Shown here: positions 34,420 through 42,583 of the stretch, piece by piece
Numbering within the stretch: the first letter of the stretch is position 1
Layout of the letters: every line of letters starts with the position of its first letter
Assembly (NCBI GenBank): GCA_052034745.1
Contig: JBPOIF010000030.1
Span: 1 to 42,583, forward strand
Direction of reading: 5' to 3'
DNA: 42,583 bases
Source: Candidatus Nomurabacteria bacterium
GTDB lineage: Bacteria > Patescibacteriota > Minisyncoccia > Phycocordibacterales > UBA9973
Notes under the pieces: generated by a model
Databases searched by the model: none
Told to the model about the DNA's origin: nothing
What the model saw: only the letters and a program-made list of their open reading frames with translations
Program-made: the position numbers and the translations under genes

Positions 34420-35039
34420 CGACCATTCTTGATCATATTAAAAAATCCCCCCACCGGAACCGTCTTGAAGGATATCTCAAGACGATACTTCCGACTCTCC
34501 AGGGACCGATTCTTGATATTGGCTCAAGGAACAGACGATACGATGCGCTGATGCCTGAGACACCCACCGCAATCGATATTGTTGAGCAGAAAGAAAAGAA
34601 TGTGCTCTATGGTGACGTGATGAACCTTTCTTTTCCTGAGGGTTCATTTCAATCTGTCACGTGTCTTGAAGTGCTTGAGTATGTCGATAATCCACAGCAA
34701 GCAATCGATGAGATGCGTCGTGTTATGAAAAAAGGGGGAGTGCTTGTACTTTCAGTCCCATTTTTGTTTCGAGCTCATGATGACAAGTTCCGGTATACCG
34801 CATCCCAGTTAAAAGGAATGCTTCACCGTTTTGAGATAAACTCTTTTGATTCTGTCGGAGGAGGTTTTGTTGTGATACTCACGGTCCTTTGGAATAAGAT
34901 AAAAAAGATTGGCTTTGCGCCATTTCGATATGGAGGCCTTTTGCTTTTGTTGCCAGCGCTTTTGTGCATTCGAAAGACAACAATCAAGAGTGAAGAGTAC
35001 GCGTCTGGATATATTGTTGTTGCTAAAAAAAGAGTATGA
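34416..35039 (+). CDS. Class I SAM-dependent methyltransferase (Methyltransf_11-like) with C-terminal hydrophobic tail
   Basis: ILDIGSRN, FQSVTCLEVLEYVDNPQQAIDEMRRVMKKGGVLVLSVP. Confidence 0.75.
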   Translation: MTTILDHIKKSPHRNRLEGYLKTILPTLQGPILDIGSRNRRYDALMPETPTAIDIVEQKEKNVLYGDVMNLSFPEGSFQSVTCLEVLEYVDNPQQAIDEMRRVMKKGGVLVLSVPFLFRAHDDKFRYTASQLKGMLHRFEINSFDSVGGGFVVILTVLWNKIKKIGFAPFRYGGLLLLLPALLCIRKTTIKSEEYASGYIVVAKKRV

Positions 35040-35785
35040 CAAAGATTTTTCGCATAGACGACATCGGGGCTTCAACCAAGCACTTCAATCAGCATGGGAA
35101 AAAGAGAGTGCGATTGTTTGGGTGTATCCCATTTTATTTTCCATTTGCGAATGTTTGGTTTTTTAAACGAATGGAACCATTTCGTGGATGGGCAGTGTAT
35201 GATGAGCTGACAAAAGATGAATGGGGTTCAGTTCTTGCTGTTTTTGCAAAGCACAGTATTGTTCCTGTTGTTGCGATCACTGCGACATGGGTTGAGCGAG
35301 AGGGAACACTTGTTCCTTTTCATGAAAAATTTCCAGAAGAAGCGCAACTCTTGAAACGAGCATTTATGGAGGGGAAGATAATTGTTGCAAACCATGGACT
35401 GACACATTGTGTTGTCGGGAAGCATCACCCGCGATTTTGGTCTTCGAATCGGAAGTTTCATAGAGAGTTTCTTCCTGATTTGGATGAGTTTTGGCATCGT
35501 GAGCATATAGCGAAATCGCAGGAAATTTTAGAAAACTTCTTTGAGAAACCTGTTGAAATATTGGTACCACCTGGTAATATGTGGAGCGTAAAGACCTATA
35601 AGGCAATTCACGGGTCACATCTGAAAAAAGTGATGTGTAGTACCCCTATGCTCGACTCAGATGCGCCTTTGGAAGGGGTACAGTTTATCAAAGACAATAA
35701 CGAGGTAGTAGCATTTCATGATAGAGAGCTCAAGCTGTATGGAGTACAATGGCTCGAGCAGTTAATCAAAAAACACCATGACTGA
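35036..35785 (+). CDS. Polysaccharide deacetylase-like (DUF2334/CE4-like) protein
   Basis: FRIDDIG, ANHGLTHC and LVPPGNMW resemble the DUF2334 / carbohydrate-esterase pattern. Weak, by eye only. Confidence 0.45.
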   Translation: MTKIFRIDDIGASTKHFNQHGKKRVRLFGCIPFYFPFANVWFFKRMEPFRGWAVYDELTKDEWGSVLAVFAKHSIVPVVAITATWVEREGTLVPFHEKFPEEAQLLKRAFMEGKIIVANHGLTHCVVGKHHPRFWSSNRKFHREFLPDLDEFWHREHIAKSQEILENFFEKPVEILVPPGNMWSVKTYKAIHGSHLKKVMCSTPMLDSDAPLEGVQFIKDNNEVVAFHDRELKLYGVQWLEQLIKKHHD

Positions 35786-36566
35786 TCAATTAAGGGAAAA
35801 AATTATAGCCTACTACACGACATACTATCGAGATGAGTGCTCATTGCCTGATTGGGAAGCTCGGGCCCATGCTCGTCTTACAGAAGAAGAAACTGAAAAA
35901 GTGCGCATGCATACGCTTGTTCAAGATTTTGGTTTTGATATGCGTGGCAAGAAACATCTCCTGGTAGGGGCGGGGACAGGGGGGCTCGCGGTCACTCTCA
36001 AAAACGAGTATGGTGCGTATCCATATGGAGTAGAACCAGAGACTCGAGAGCATGAAATTATTCTTCTCAAATGCCAGGAACACGGTATCGATCCTACTCA
36101 CTTCAAACTTGCCTATGGAGAAGCACTTCCTTTTGAAAACGAAACGTTTGATTTTGTGCACTGTTTTACAGTGCTTGAGCATGTGCGTGATGTAGAAAAG
36201 TGTATTGATGAAATGATTCGCGTGGTACGCCCTACCGGGAGAATCATTATCAATACTCCCAACTATGCTTACCCGTATGAAAAGCATTACAAGATATATT
36301 TCCCTACATTTCTCCCAAAGTTTTTGGGGTATGTCTACCTCTTCCTTCTTGGAAAAAACAGAAAATTCTACGCATCCATCAATACATTTACTGAGAGAGA
36401 TCTTAACAAGATTTTTGTAAAAAAGCAGGGAATACGGTGGTATCGAATATATGATGCAAAGAAAAGAGAGAAAGGAAAGGTGGGTTTTTTGGTCAATTAC
36501 TTATTTTTCAAAAGATTTGTGTACCCACAGCAAAATATAGTTATCTTAAAAGTTTTACCGGAATGA
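35778..36566 (+). CDS. Class I SAM-dependent methyltransferase
   Basis: LLVGAGTGGLA, FDFVHCFTVLEHVRDVEKCIDEMIRVVRPTGRIIINTPN. Confidence 0.78.
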   Translation: MTDQLREKIIAYYTTYYRDECSLPDWEARAHARLTEEETEKVRMHTLVQDFGFDMRGKKHLLVGAGTGGLAVTLKNEYGAYPYGVEPETREHEIILLKCQEHGIDPTHFKLAYGEALPFENETFDFVHCFTVLEHVRDVEKCIDEMIRVVRPTGRIIINTPNYAYPYEKHYKIYFPTFLPKFLGYVYLFLLGKNRKFYASINTFTERDLNKIFVKKQGIRWYRIYDAKKREKGKVGFLVNYLFFKRFVYPQQNIVILKVLPE

Positions 36567-37363
36567 AACCAAAAATATCATTAATAATAGGTGTCTATAA
36601 TGGTGCAGGAAAACTTCGTGAATCATTGGACAGTATCCTCTCACAGACCTTTTCTGATTTTGAAATAGTTATTGTTAACGATGCTTCTACTGACGAAACA
36701 GCTACTGTACTTAGCGAGTATGCTGTACGTGATACCCGAATAAAGATAATCATAAACGAGAAAAATTTTGGGCTTACAAAATCTCTCAACCGAGGAATTA
36801 TTGCATCTTCAGGCGACTACATTGCTCGCATGGATAATGGAGATATTTCATATCCTGCACGTTTTGAAAAACAGGTAGCGTTTCTTGATACTCACAAAGA
36901 GTATTGTATGGTTGGCTCATTTGCTAATCTTACAAACGATGCATCTGTTGTTATCGGAGTATTACAATATCCAGCAACAAATGAAGAGATTGTTAGAAAA
37001 TTGATACGACACAATTTATTTGTTCACTCTTCAGTAATGATGCGCCGAAGCATTCTTGAAGAAGTGGGATTTTATAATGAAGCTTGGAGGTACGCTCAGG
37101 ATTACGAACTTTTTTTTCGTATGATTCAAAAAGGAAAGGTTGCAAATATAGCAGAACCGCTTGTCTCATATCGAATATCTGAAGAATCTATTACGAAAAG
37201 CAAAAACAAGAAACAAGTTATGTTTGCCATTCGAGCTCGGCAAGAGGCGATTCGAAGGGGGCAGTATAGTATCTTTACTACCATATTCCTTATCCCTCCG
37301 TTTATAGGGTATTTGCTTCCCTATGGAGTCAAAGGAAAGATAAAAAAGATTTTCCATATATGA
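36563..37363 (+). CDS. Glycosyltransferase family 2
   Basis: ISLIIGVYNGAGKLRESLDSILSQTFSDFEIVIVNDASTDET and ARMDNGDIS (DxD-type). Confidence 0.88.
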   Translation: MKPKISLIIGVYNGAGKLRESLDSILSQTFSDFEIVIVNDASTDETATVLSEYAVRDTRIKIIINEKNFGLTKSLNRGIIASSGDYIARMDNGDISYPARFEKQVAFLDTHKEYCMVGSFANLTNDASVVIGVLQYPATNEEIVRKLIRHNLFVHSSVMMRRSILEEVGFYNEAWRYAQDYELFFRMIQKGKVANIAEPLVSYRISEESITKSKNKKQVMFAIRARQEAIRRGQYSIFTTIFLIPPFIGYLLPYGVKGKIKKIFHI

Positions 37364-38460
37364 AGATACTCTATACGATAACAAAAGCAGAAATAGGTGG
37401 TGCACAAACACACACCCTCCACCTTATGAGAGCAATGGTTGAGAAAGGGGATCAGGTAGCGCTCATGACACAGCCAAATGGATGGCTTGTTGATGAAGCA
37501 AAAAAAATAGGAGTTCATGTTTTTTCAAACCCTTACCTAACCAACAGAATTACTCTATGGTCAGTTATAAGGGCCTTTGGTGTAGTTCGCACCACAGTAA
37601 AAAAATGGAATCCTGACATAGTTTCTTGTCATAGTAGTGTAGCGGGAGCGATTACCCGTCTTGCTGTTGGTAGGTGTGTTCCTACTGTCTATACAGCTCA
37701 CGGATGGGCATTTACTGAGAAAGCACCTTTCTTAAGAAGAGTACTCGCTGTCATTTCTGAAACAATACTCGCTTTTTTTACGAATGAAATAATCTGTGTT
37801 TCTGAGTGTGATCGAACGCTTGCCCTTAAGTATAAAATCGTAAAAAAAGAAAAGATAACGGTTATTTATAATGCAGTACCTTCTCGCGGAGTAGTAAGTA
37901 CTCATCAAAATGAGCGAGTTCAGTTTATAAGTCTAGGGAGACTCGCATACCCAAAAGAGTGTCTTTTGTTAGCTGAGGTATTTGCAGGGCTTTCTGCTGC
38001 ATATAAAAAACAGGCACAGTTGCTGTTTGTTGGGGATGGTCCTCTTAGAGAAAATTTGGAACGTATAGTAGAGAGGACTAATTCTAAAGATAGTATTACG
38101 ATAGCAGGTACCATTCCTTATGATCGGATAAGTGAAGTGTTGGGGCGGTCAGATTGTCTTGTTCTTGTTTCAAAACATGAAGGGTTTCCAATGGTTATTT
38201 TGGAGGCAATGGATGCACACCTTCCAGTGATCGCTTCTCTTGTGGGCGGTATTCCAGAAATTGTTACCTCTGAAAATGGTATTTTAGTTGAAAATACTAA
38301 GGTTTCTTTGCAAAACGCGTTAGAACAACTCATTGCTAATAAAACAAAAATATCAGGACTTGGTGCACGTGCGTTTAATACGGTTTCAACAAAGTTTTCT
38401 TTTGATACTTTTGTACAAAAAACACAAGAAGTCTACCAAAGGGTTACTCTTGGATCTTGA
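37360..38460 (+). CDS. Glycosyltransferase family 4
   Basis: N-terminal GGAQTH and C-terminal LVLVSKHEGFPMVILEAMDAHLPVIASLVGGIPEIV. Confidence 0.85.
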   Translation: MKILYTITKAEIGGAQTHTLHLMRAMVEKGDQVALMTQPNGWLVDEAKKIGVHVFSNPYLTNRITLWSVIRAFGVVRTTVKKWNPDIVSCHSSVAGAITRLAVGRCVPTVYTAHGWAFTEKAPFLRRVLAVISETILAFFTNEIICVSECDRTLALKYKIVKKEKITVIYNAVPSRGVVSTHQNERVQFISLGRLAYPKECLLLAEVFAGLSAAYKKQAQLLFVGDGPLRENLERIVERTNSKDSITIAGTIPYDRISEVLGRSDCLVLVSKHEGFPMVILEAMDAHLPVIASLVGGIPEIVTSENGILVENTKVSLQNALEQLIANKTKISGLGARAFNTVSTKFSFDTFVQKTQEVYQRVTLGS

Positions 38461-39898
38461 GTGATTTTCTTAGTTCAATAACGGTGTTTTCTTTTTGTAT
38501 AAAGAGGAGTGTGACGTAGATACAACACGAAACGATGATAATCAGAATAAGAGGGGTAGAAACATGAAGCATGCTCGTAGTGGCTATACCCATGATTAAA
38601 ACAGCAAAAAGAGGTTTGTAAGGTTTTGTGATAATAGGAACTTTTTGTGTTTTTCTCATTTCGATATAAAAGATGAACATTAGAACTGCCTGGGCAATTA
38701 TTGTTGCTATTGCGGAACCACTAATTCCAAATTTTGGAATGAGTAGAAAGTTAAGCCCTACATTTAAGAATGCCCCAATAATTCCTGTAAGAATAAAAAT
38801 TTTTTGTTTATTTTCTGCAAGGAGAACTTCTGCATATATTGTTGCGGGAAACAGAAACAAAGCTGTAATTAAGAGTAGTTGAAATGCTGGGATTGCTTCT
38901 CTGTAGGAACTTCCAAAGACGGTAAAGATGATTGATGGCGCGGTAATGATACCACCAACCACAAGAGGGAGTGCTACAACAAGAGATGCGGTCGATGCAG
39001 TACTTACGATGTGTTTGATAGATTGTTTGTTTTTTATGAACGCACTCATCACAGGAAGTAGTCCTGATGCGAGAAAATTGGGGAGTATGTAAATGATACT
39101 TATTGGTTTTTGAGCAGCTCCGTAAAGCCCAACAAAATGTTCGTTGGTGAGCCATCCAACCATAATAGAATCAATATTTGTCATAAAAATTCCAAAAATA
39201 CTAAGTATTGCAAAAGGAAGCACTAGTTTTATTAATGGAATAACGAGGGTCTTTGAAAAGAATCTGTGTATTGAAACAATGTATTTTCTCGTTGTAAAAA
39301 GAGCGATTAACAATCCGAGACCGTTTCCTATGGTAAATGAATATACCAGAGTTTGAGCAGAGGGGTCCCTAAGAAAGAGGATGATAATAAGAGCGACACA
39401 AAACATCTCGTTTAAGAGTCCGATTCCTGCTTCAGTTTCCATTTTGTTTTTTGATCGAGGTATCGAGTATAGGAAACTTCGAAGGCTATCAAAAAAAATA
39501 GATAGAGCCACAATAGGAATAAGTGTTGTCGATGCTTCAAATTTTGAAACAAAAGGGCCGATGCTGAGTATAAGAAGTACTGTTGTTATTAAAAAGCCGA
39601 TTTTGATAATAAAGGCTGTTGAAAAATATTCTTTTGTTTTGTCAGAGTTTTTTGAAAGCTCTCGAACAAGAATACTCGAAATGCCCATGTCTGAAAACAC
39701 AGCAAAAAGGGCTGCGATACTCATCGCGTAAGTAAAAATACCATATGATTCTGTACCCAAGAGCCGTGCCGCGTACATAATAATAACCGCTCGGATAATT
39801 TTTATAAGTGTTGTACTTACGCCAATCCAGAGCGTGTTTTTAATAACAATTTGTCTTGTTGAGATATTATTAAAAAGAAATTTTTTAATTGTCGACAT
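38444..39898 (-). CDS. wzx: Wzx-type polysaccharide flippase (MOP superfamily)
   Basis: 484 aa, about 12-14 TM, with a typical N-terminus (NTLWIGVSTTLIKIIRAVIIMYAARLLGTESYGIF). Its 3' end overlaps the convergent GT4 gene by 17 nt. Confidence 0.82.
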   Translation of the reverse strand: MSTIKKFLFNNISTRQIVIKNTLWIGVSTTLIKIIRAVIIMYAARLLGTESYGIFTYAMSIAALFAVFSDMGISSILVRELSKNSDKTKEYFSTAFIIKIGFLITTVLLILSIGPFVSKFEASTTLIPIVALSIFFDSLRSFLYSIPRSKNKMETEAGIGLLNEMFCVALIIILFLRDPSAQTLVYSFTIGNGLGLLIALFTTRKYIVSIHRFFSKTLVIPLIKLVLPFAILSIFGIFMTNIDSIMVGWLTNEHFVGLYGAAQKPISIIYILPNFLASGLLPVMSAFIKNKQSIKHIVSTASTASLVVALPLVVGGIITAPSIIFTVFGSSYREAIPAFQLLLITALFLFPATIYAEVLLAENKQKIFILTGIIGAFLNVGLNFLLIPKFGISGSAIATIIAQAVLMFIFYIEMRKTQKVPIITKPYKPLFAVLIMGIATTSMLHVSTPLILIIIVSCCIYVTLLFIQKENTVIELRKSLKIQE

Positions 39899-39904
39899 AG
39901 ATAC

Positions 39905-41200
39905 TTAGTGTGTGAAAATAATCTGTACGGTTTTTAGTAAGATACCAAGATCAAGAAGAGGGTTTTTATGAGCGATGTAGTAGAGATCGTATTCGAGTTT
40001 TTCTTTTGAGTCGAGTACAGTGCGTGCATACCGAAACTTGATCTGTGCCCATCCGGTAAATCCAGGACGGACGCTATGTCTGAGGTTGTAGTAGGGGATC
40101 TGCGTTTCGAGATCGCGGACAATTTCTGGTCGTTCTGGCCGAGGTCCAACGAGTGCGATGTCTCCACGGATAATGTTCCACATCTGGGGAATCTCGTCGA
40201 GATGGAGTTTTCGGATAATTTTTCCTACTCTTGTGGTGCGATTGTCGTTTTGAGTTGCCCATTGAGCGCCGTTTTTCTCTGCATCGGTGCGCATTGAACG
40301 AAGTTTCAAGATATTGAATTGTTTCCCGTTTTTTCCGGTGCGTATCTGCCGGTAGAAAAAAGGTCTCCCATCTTCGAGGGCAATCGCAATGATTGCAATC
40401 AAAAGAAATGGCGAAGCAAGAAGAAGGATGAGGTAGGCGATGAGTATTTCAAACAGGCGGCCAAGACGCTGCCCGCCTATCGAAGGCTGGCGATTGAGGA
40501 GGGTGATGGCTTGAGTATCATTTATAAGAGAAAGTGGAATCTTTCCAAAAAGCTCTTCGTACGCGCCTGAGAGGGACAGTGTCTGTGCTCCGATAGTATT
40601 GCGAAGAAGGAGGAGTGTTTCAAGAGGGAGCCCATCAGTGATCACGAGATGGACAGGGGGAATAGCTGTTTCTTTGGTATAGGTGTCCTGGTGAAAAACA
40701 ACAGTGCCGATATGAGGATTGCGAGCAAGGTCCTCAAGCAGGTGGGTGACAGTTTCTCCGTGTCCAATGACGGCGATGTGTTGTCGATACAGTGATGCAA
40801 AGAGTTTATAAAATGCTCGACGCCATAGTACCAAAAGTGCAAAAGATGACACCGCGATAATAAGGAGGTTTGTCTTTGGAGTAATTCCGTTGTTCGGGAA
40901 GAGGTAAAAAAGAATAATAGAGACAACAGTACTCGTTCCAATTGCTAGTGCAAGACGTCCGATATTGCGAGGGTTTGGGTTGATACGTCTGAGGTTATAA
41001 AGTTCAAAAATAAAAAAGAGGACAAACCAGAGTGTAAAAATAGGCACAAATACTCGTGCTTGTGTGCGGACGAAAGAACCATTTGCATACGGTGCAAATC
41101 GAATGAGCACCATTATCCAAAATGATGCTGCGACTGCGAGGATATCCCCGACAAGGAGGGCGAGTGCACGGTCTTTGAGCATGGGAAAATTATATAACAT
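39905..41200 (-). CDS. Polyprenyl-phosphate hexose-1-phosphate transferase (WbaP/WsaP-like initiating sugar transferase)
   Basis: N-terminal TM segments plus the C-terminal Bac_transf signature KFRSMR...DEIPQMWNIIRGDIALVGPRPERPE...RPGFTGWAQI. Confidence 0.9.
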   Translation of the reverse strand: MLYNFPMLKDRALALLVGDILAVAASFWIMVLIRFAPYANGSFVRTQARVFVPIFTLWFVLFFIFELYNLRRINPNPRNIGRLALAIGTSTVVSIILFYLFPNNGITPKTNLLIIAVSSFALLVLWRRAFYKLFASLYRQHIAVIGHGETVTHLLEDLARNPHIGTVVFHQDTYTKETAIPPVHLVITDGLPLETLLLLRNTIGAQTLSLSGAYEELFGKIPLSLINDTQAITLLNRQPSIGGQRLGRLFEILIAYLILLLASPFLLIAIIAIALEDGRPFFYRQIRTGKNGKQFNILKLRSMRTDAEKNGAQWATQNDNRTTRVGKIIRKLHLDEIPQMWNIIRGDIALVGPRPERPEIVRDLETQIPYYNLRHSVRPGFTGWAQIKFRYARTVLDSKEKLEYDLYYIAHKNPLLDLGILLKTVQIIFTH

Positions 41201-41278
41201 TTTTGTAATTTGTAAATCATTTTGAGATGGTACACTACGTTCTATATGCAGAATAATAATAACAACGGAACGAACACA

Positions 41279-41707
41279 ATGAACAAAAAGAACATGGTTA
41301 TTTCAGGAGCGCTTATTGTTGTCGTGCTTGCGGCGCTTATCGTAGCACCACGACTTCGCAACAGTGCAAAAGATGAGGTTGTTGAACAGGAAGTGGCAGC
41401 ACTTGCAAGTACTGCAAATGTTGAAACAGTCGCGCTTTCTCGTGCTGATGCACAAGTAAAGTATGCAAATGCGACACTTCGTTTTTCTGGAGAGACCTGT
41501 ACGCTCCAAGGAGAAGAAATGACTCAGCCAAAATACACAACCATTATGATAGACAACGACACTGACGCTCGTCGTACTATTGGAGTCGGAGCAAAGTCTT
41601 ACAACGTTGGACCACGTCGCTACACGCTCTCGTGGCTCAATGCGGACTCTGGTGAGCTTGCCGTTACTTGTGACGGAAAGGAGGTAGGAACTGTTGTTGT
41701 TCAATAA
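41279..41707 (+). CDS. Small membrane-anchored/secreted hypothetical protein
   Basis: N-terminal TM/signal anchor MVISGALIVVVLAALIVAP followed by a roughly 110-aa soluble domain with two Cys. Start uncertain (TTG 41222, ATG 41246, ATG 41279). Confidence 0.55.
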   Translation: MNKKNMVISGALIVVVLAALIVAPRLRNSAKDEVVEQEVAALASTANVETVALSRADAQVKYANATLRFSGETCTLQGEEMTQPKYTTIMIDNDTDARRTIGVGAKSYNVGPRRYTLSWLNADSGELAVTCDGKEVGTVVVQ

Positions 41708-41720
41708 ATAAAGCAGGAAA

Positions 41721-41750
41721 AGGCAACCCTTTCAGGGGTTGCCTTTTTGT
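41721..41750 (+). terminator. Rho-independent terminator
   Basis: AGGCAACCC-TTTCA-GGGGTTGCCT followed by TTTTGTGTT. Confidence 0.8.
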
Positions 41751-41906
41751 GTTCTTGTGATAGAGTATCTGACGTGTAGATCAAAGACAGTAAGCAGTCT
41801 CTCCAAGAGGGAAGACATGAGCCTTACCGAGATCACCATATCTCTCTTTTGCTACACACCATCACGCCACTACGGTGTGTTGGATACAAATTAACAACAA
41901 AACATT

Positions 41907-42395
41907 ATGGCAATCAAAAAAGATAAGAAGCGCGAAATCGTTTCGTCTTTTGCTGAAATCCTCTCTGGTGCACAGTCTGTTGTCTTCGTGAAGTTTGATA
42001 AACTCACGGTGAAAGAAGCGCAAGCGCTTCGTCGACAACTTCGTGCCTCTGGTGTGGGGTACAAGGTAGGAAAGAAAACTCTCTTGAAGCGCGCGCTCGA
42101 TGAGCACGGTTATCAAGGAGACCTCCCTGAACTCCCTGGAGAAATTGCTGTTGCGTATGGCACTGACCCACTTGCTCCTGCTCGAGAAGTTTACGACTTC
42201 CAAAAAGGACACAAGGATCAGATTGCAATCGTTGGCGGTATTTTTGAAGGATCATACAAAGACCAAACAACCATGCTCTCTCTTGCTACTATTCCGTCAC
42301 GTGAAGTATTGCTCTCTCAGATCGCATTTTTGCTCAAGAGTCCAATGCAGCGTCTCGCTATCGCAGTGAACGAGGTTGCAAAGCAGAAAAATTAA
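41907..42395 (+). CDS. rplJ: 50S ribosomal protein uL10
   Basis: KKREIVSSFAEILSGAQSVVFVKFDKLTVKEAQALRRQLRASGVGYKVGKKTL, followed by rplL. Confidence 0.93.
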   Translation: MAIKKDKKREIVSSFAEILSGAQSVVFVKFDKLTVKEAQALRRQLRASGVGYKVGKKTLLKRALDEHGYQGDLPELPGEIAVAYGTDPLAPAREVYDFQKGHKDQIAIVGGIFEGSYKDQTTMLSLATIPSREVLLSQIAFLLKSPMQRLAIAVNEVAKQKN

Positions 42396-42417
42396 TTAGT
42401 ACTAATTCATTATATTT

Positions 42418-42583
42418 ATGGCAAAATTTGATTCATTTCTCACTGAGCTCGAAGGAGCTTCAGTGATCGAACTCAACGATCTCGTCAAAGCGATCGAAGA
42501 AAAATTTGGCGTTTCAGCAGCTGCTGTTGCAGCAGCACCTGCAGCAGGAGCTGCAGCAGGAGGCGCAGAAGAAAAGGATGCAT
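42418..42583 (+). CDS. rplL: 50S ribosomal protein bL12 (L7/L12), 3' end cut by window edge
   Basis: My translation from ATG 42418 is [55 protein letters not shown]: the dimerisation helix plus Ala-rich hinge typical of L7/L12. It is not in the ORF track because it is truncated. Confidence 0.9.
   Translation, partial: MAKFDSFLTELEGASVIELNDLVKAIEEKFGVSAAAVAAAPAAGAAAGGAEEKDA

Noticed and set aside
1-42583. Search for tRNA/rRNA genes, CRISPR arrays, transposases, DGR (RT plus TR/VR) or prophage genes
   Set aside because: I saw no T-loop/acceptor-type cloverleaf candidates, no regularly spaced direct repeats, no reverse transcriptase, integrase or transposase motifs, and no long near-identical repeat pairs.

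Overview
Compact, almost gap-free bacterial chromosome segment with about 40 protein genes. I see no rRNA, tRNA, CRISPR array, transposase or integrase. Gene content, short intergenic spacers, near-absence of Shine-Dalgarno motifs, trimmed housekeeping proteins and a Wzy_C+TPR membrane protein suggest a Candidate Phyla Radiation / Patescibacteria-like genome; this is inference only. The left 25 kb is housekeeping: argS (partial), ndk, a beta-CASP RNase, a TIGR00725/SLOG-like protein, ileS behind a T-box leader, recO, glyQS, an M16 peptidase, an AI-2E transporter, metG, tatD, rpsF-ssb-rpsR, efp, recA and ftsK. The right 17 kb holds a secreted Ser/Thr/Asp-rich peptidoglycan-binding surface protein, a Wzy_C/O-antigen-ligase-like TPR protein and a 12-gene glycan assembly locus. 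That locus has an epimerase, five glycosyltransferases, three SAM methyltransferases, a deacetylase-like protein, a Wzx flippase and a WbaP-like initiating transferase. The window ends with rplJ and rplL (partial). Most notable observations: (1) a complete histidine-phosphatase (PGAM-type) domain inserted in the IleRS catalytic core, replacing the usual zinc-knuckle connector; (2) an ileS T-box with a canonical antiterminator/terminator switch but an apparently ultrashort Stem I; (3) two AT-richer orphan gene cassettes between argS and ndk, each with the same 26-nt promoter/palindrome element and a near-identical terminator; (4) a surface protein + Wzy_C + glycan locus arrangement resembling S-layer O-glycosylation clusters. 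All protein calls come from motif recognition by eye; no searches were run.
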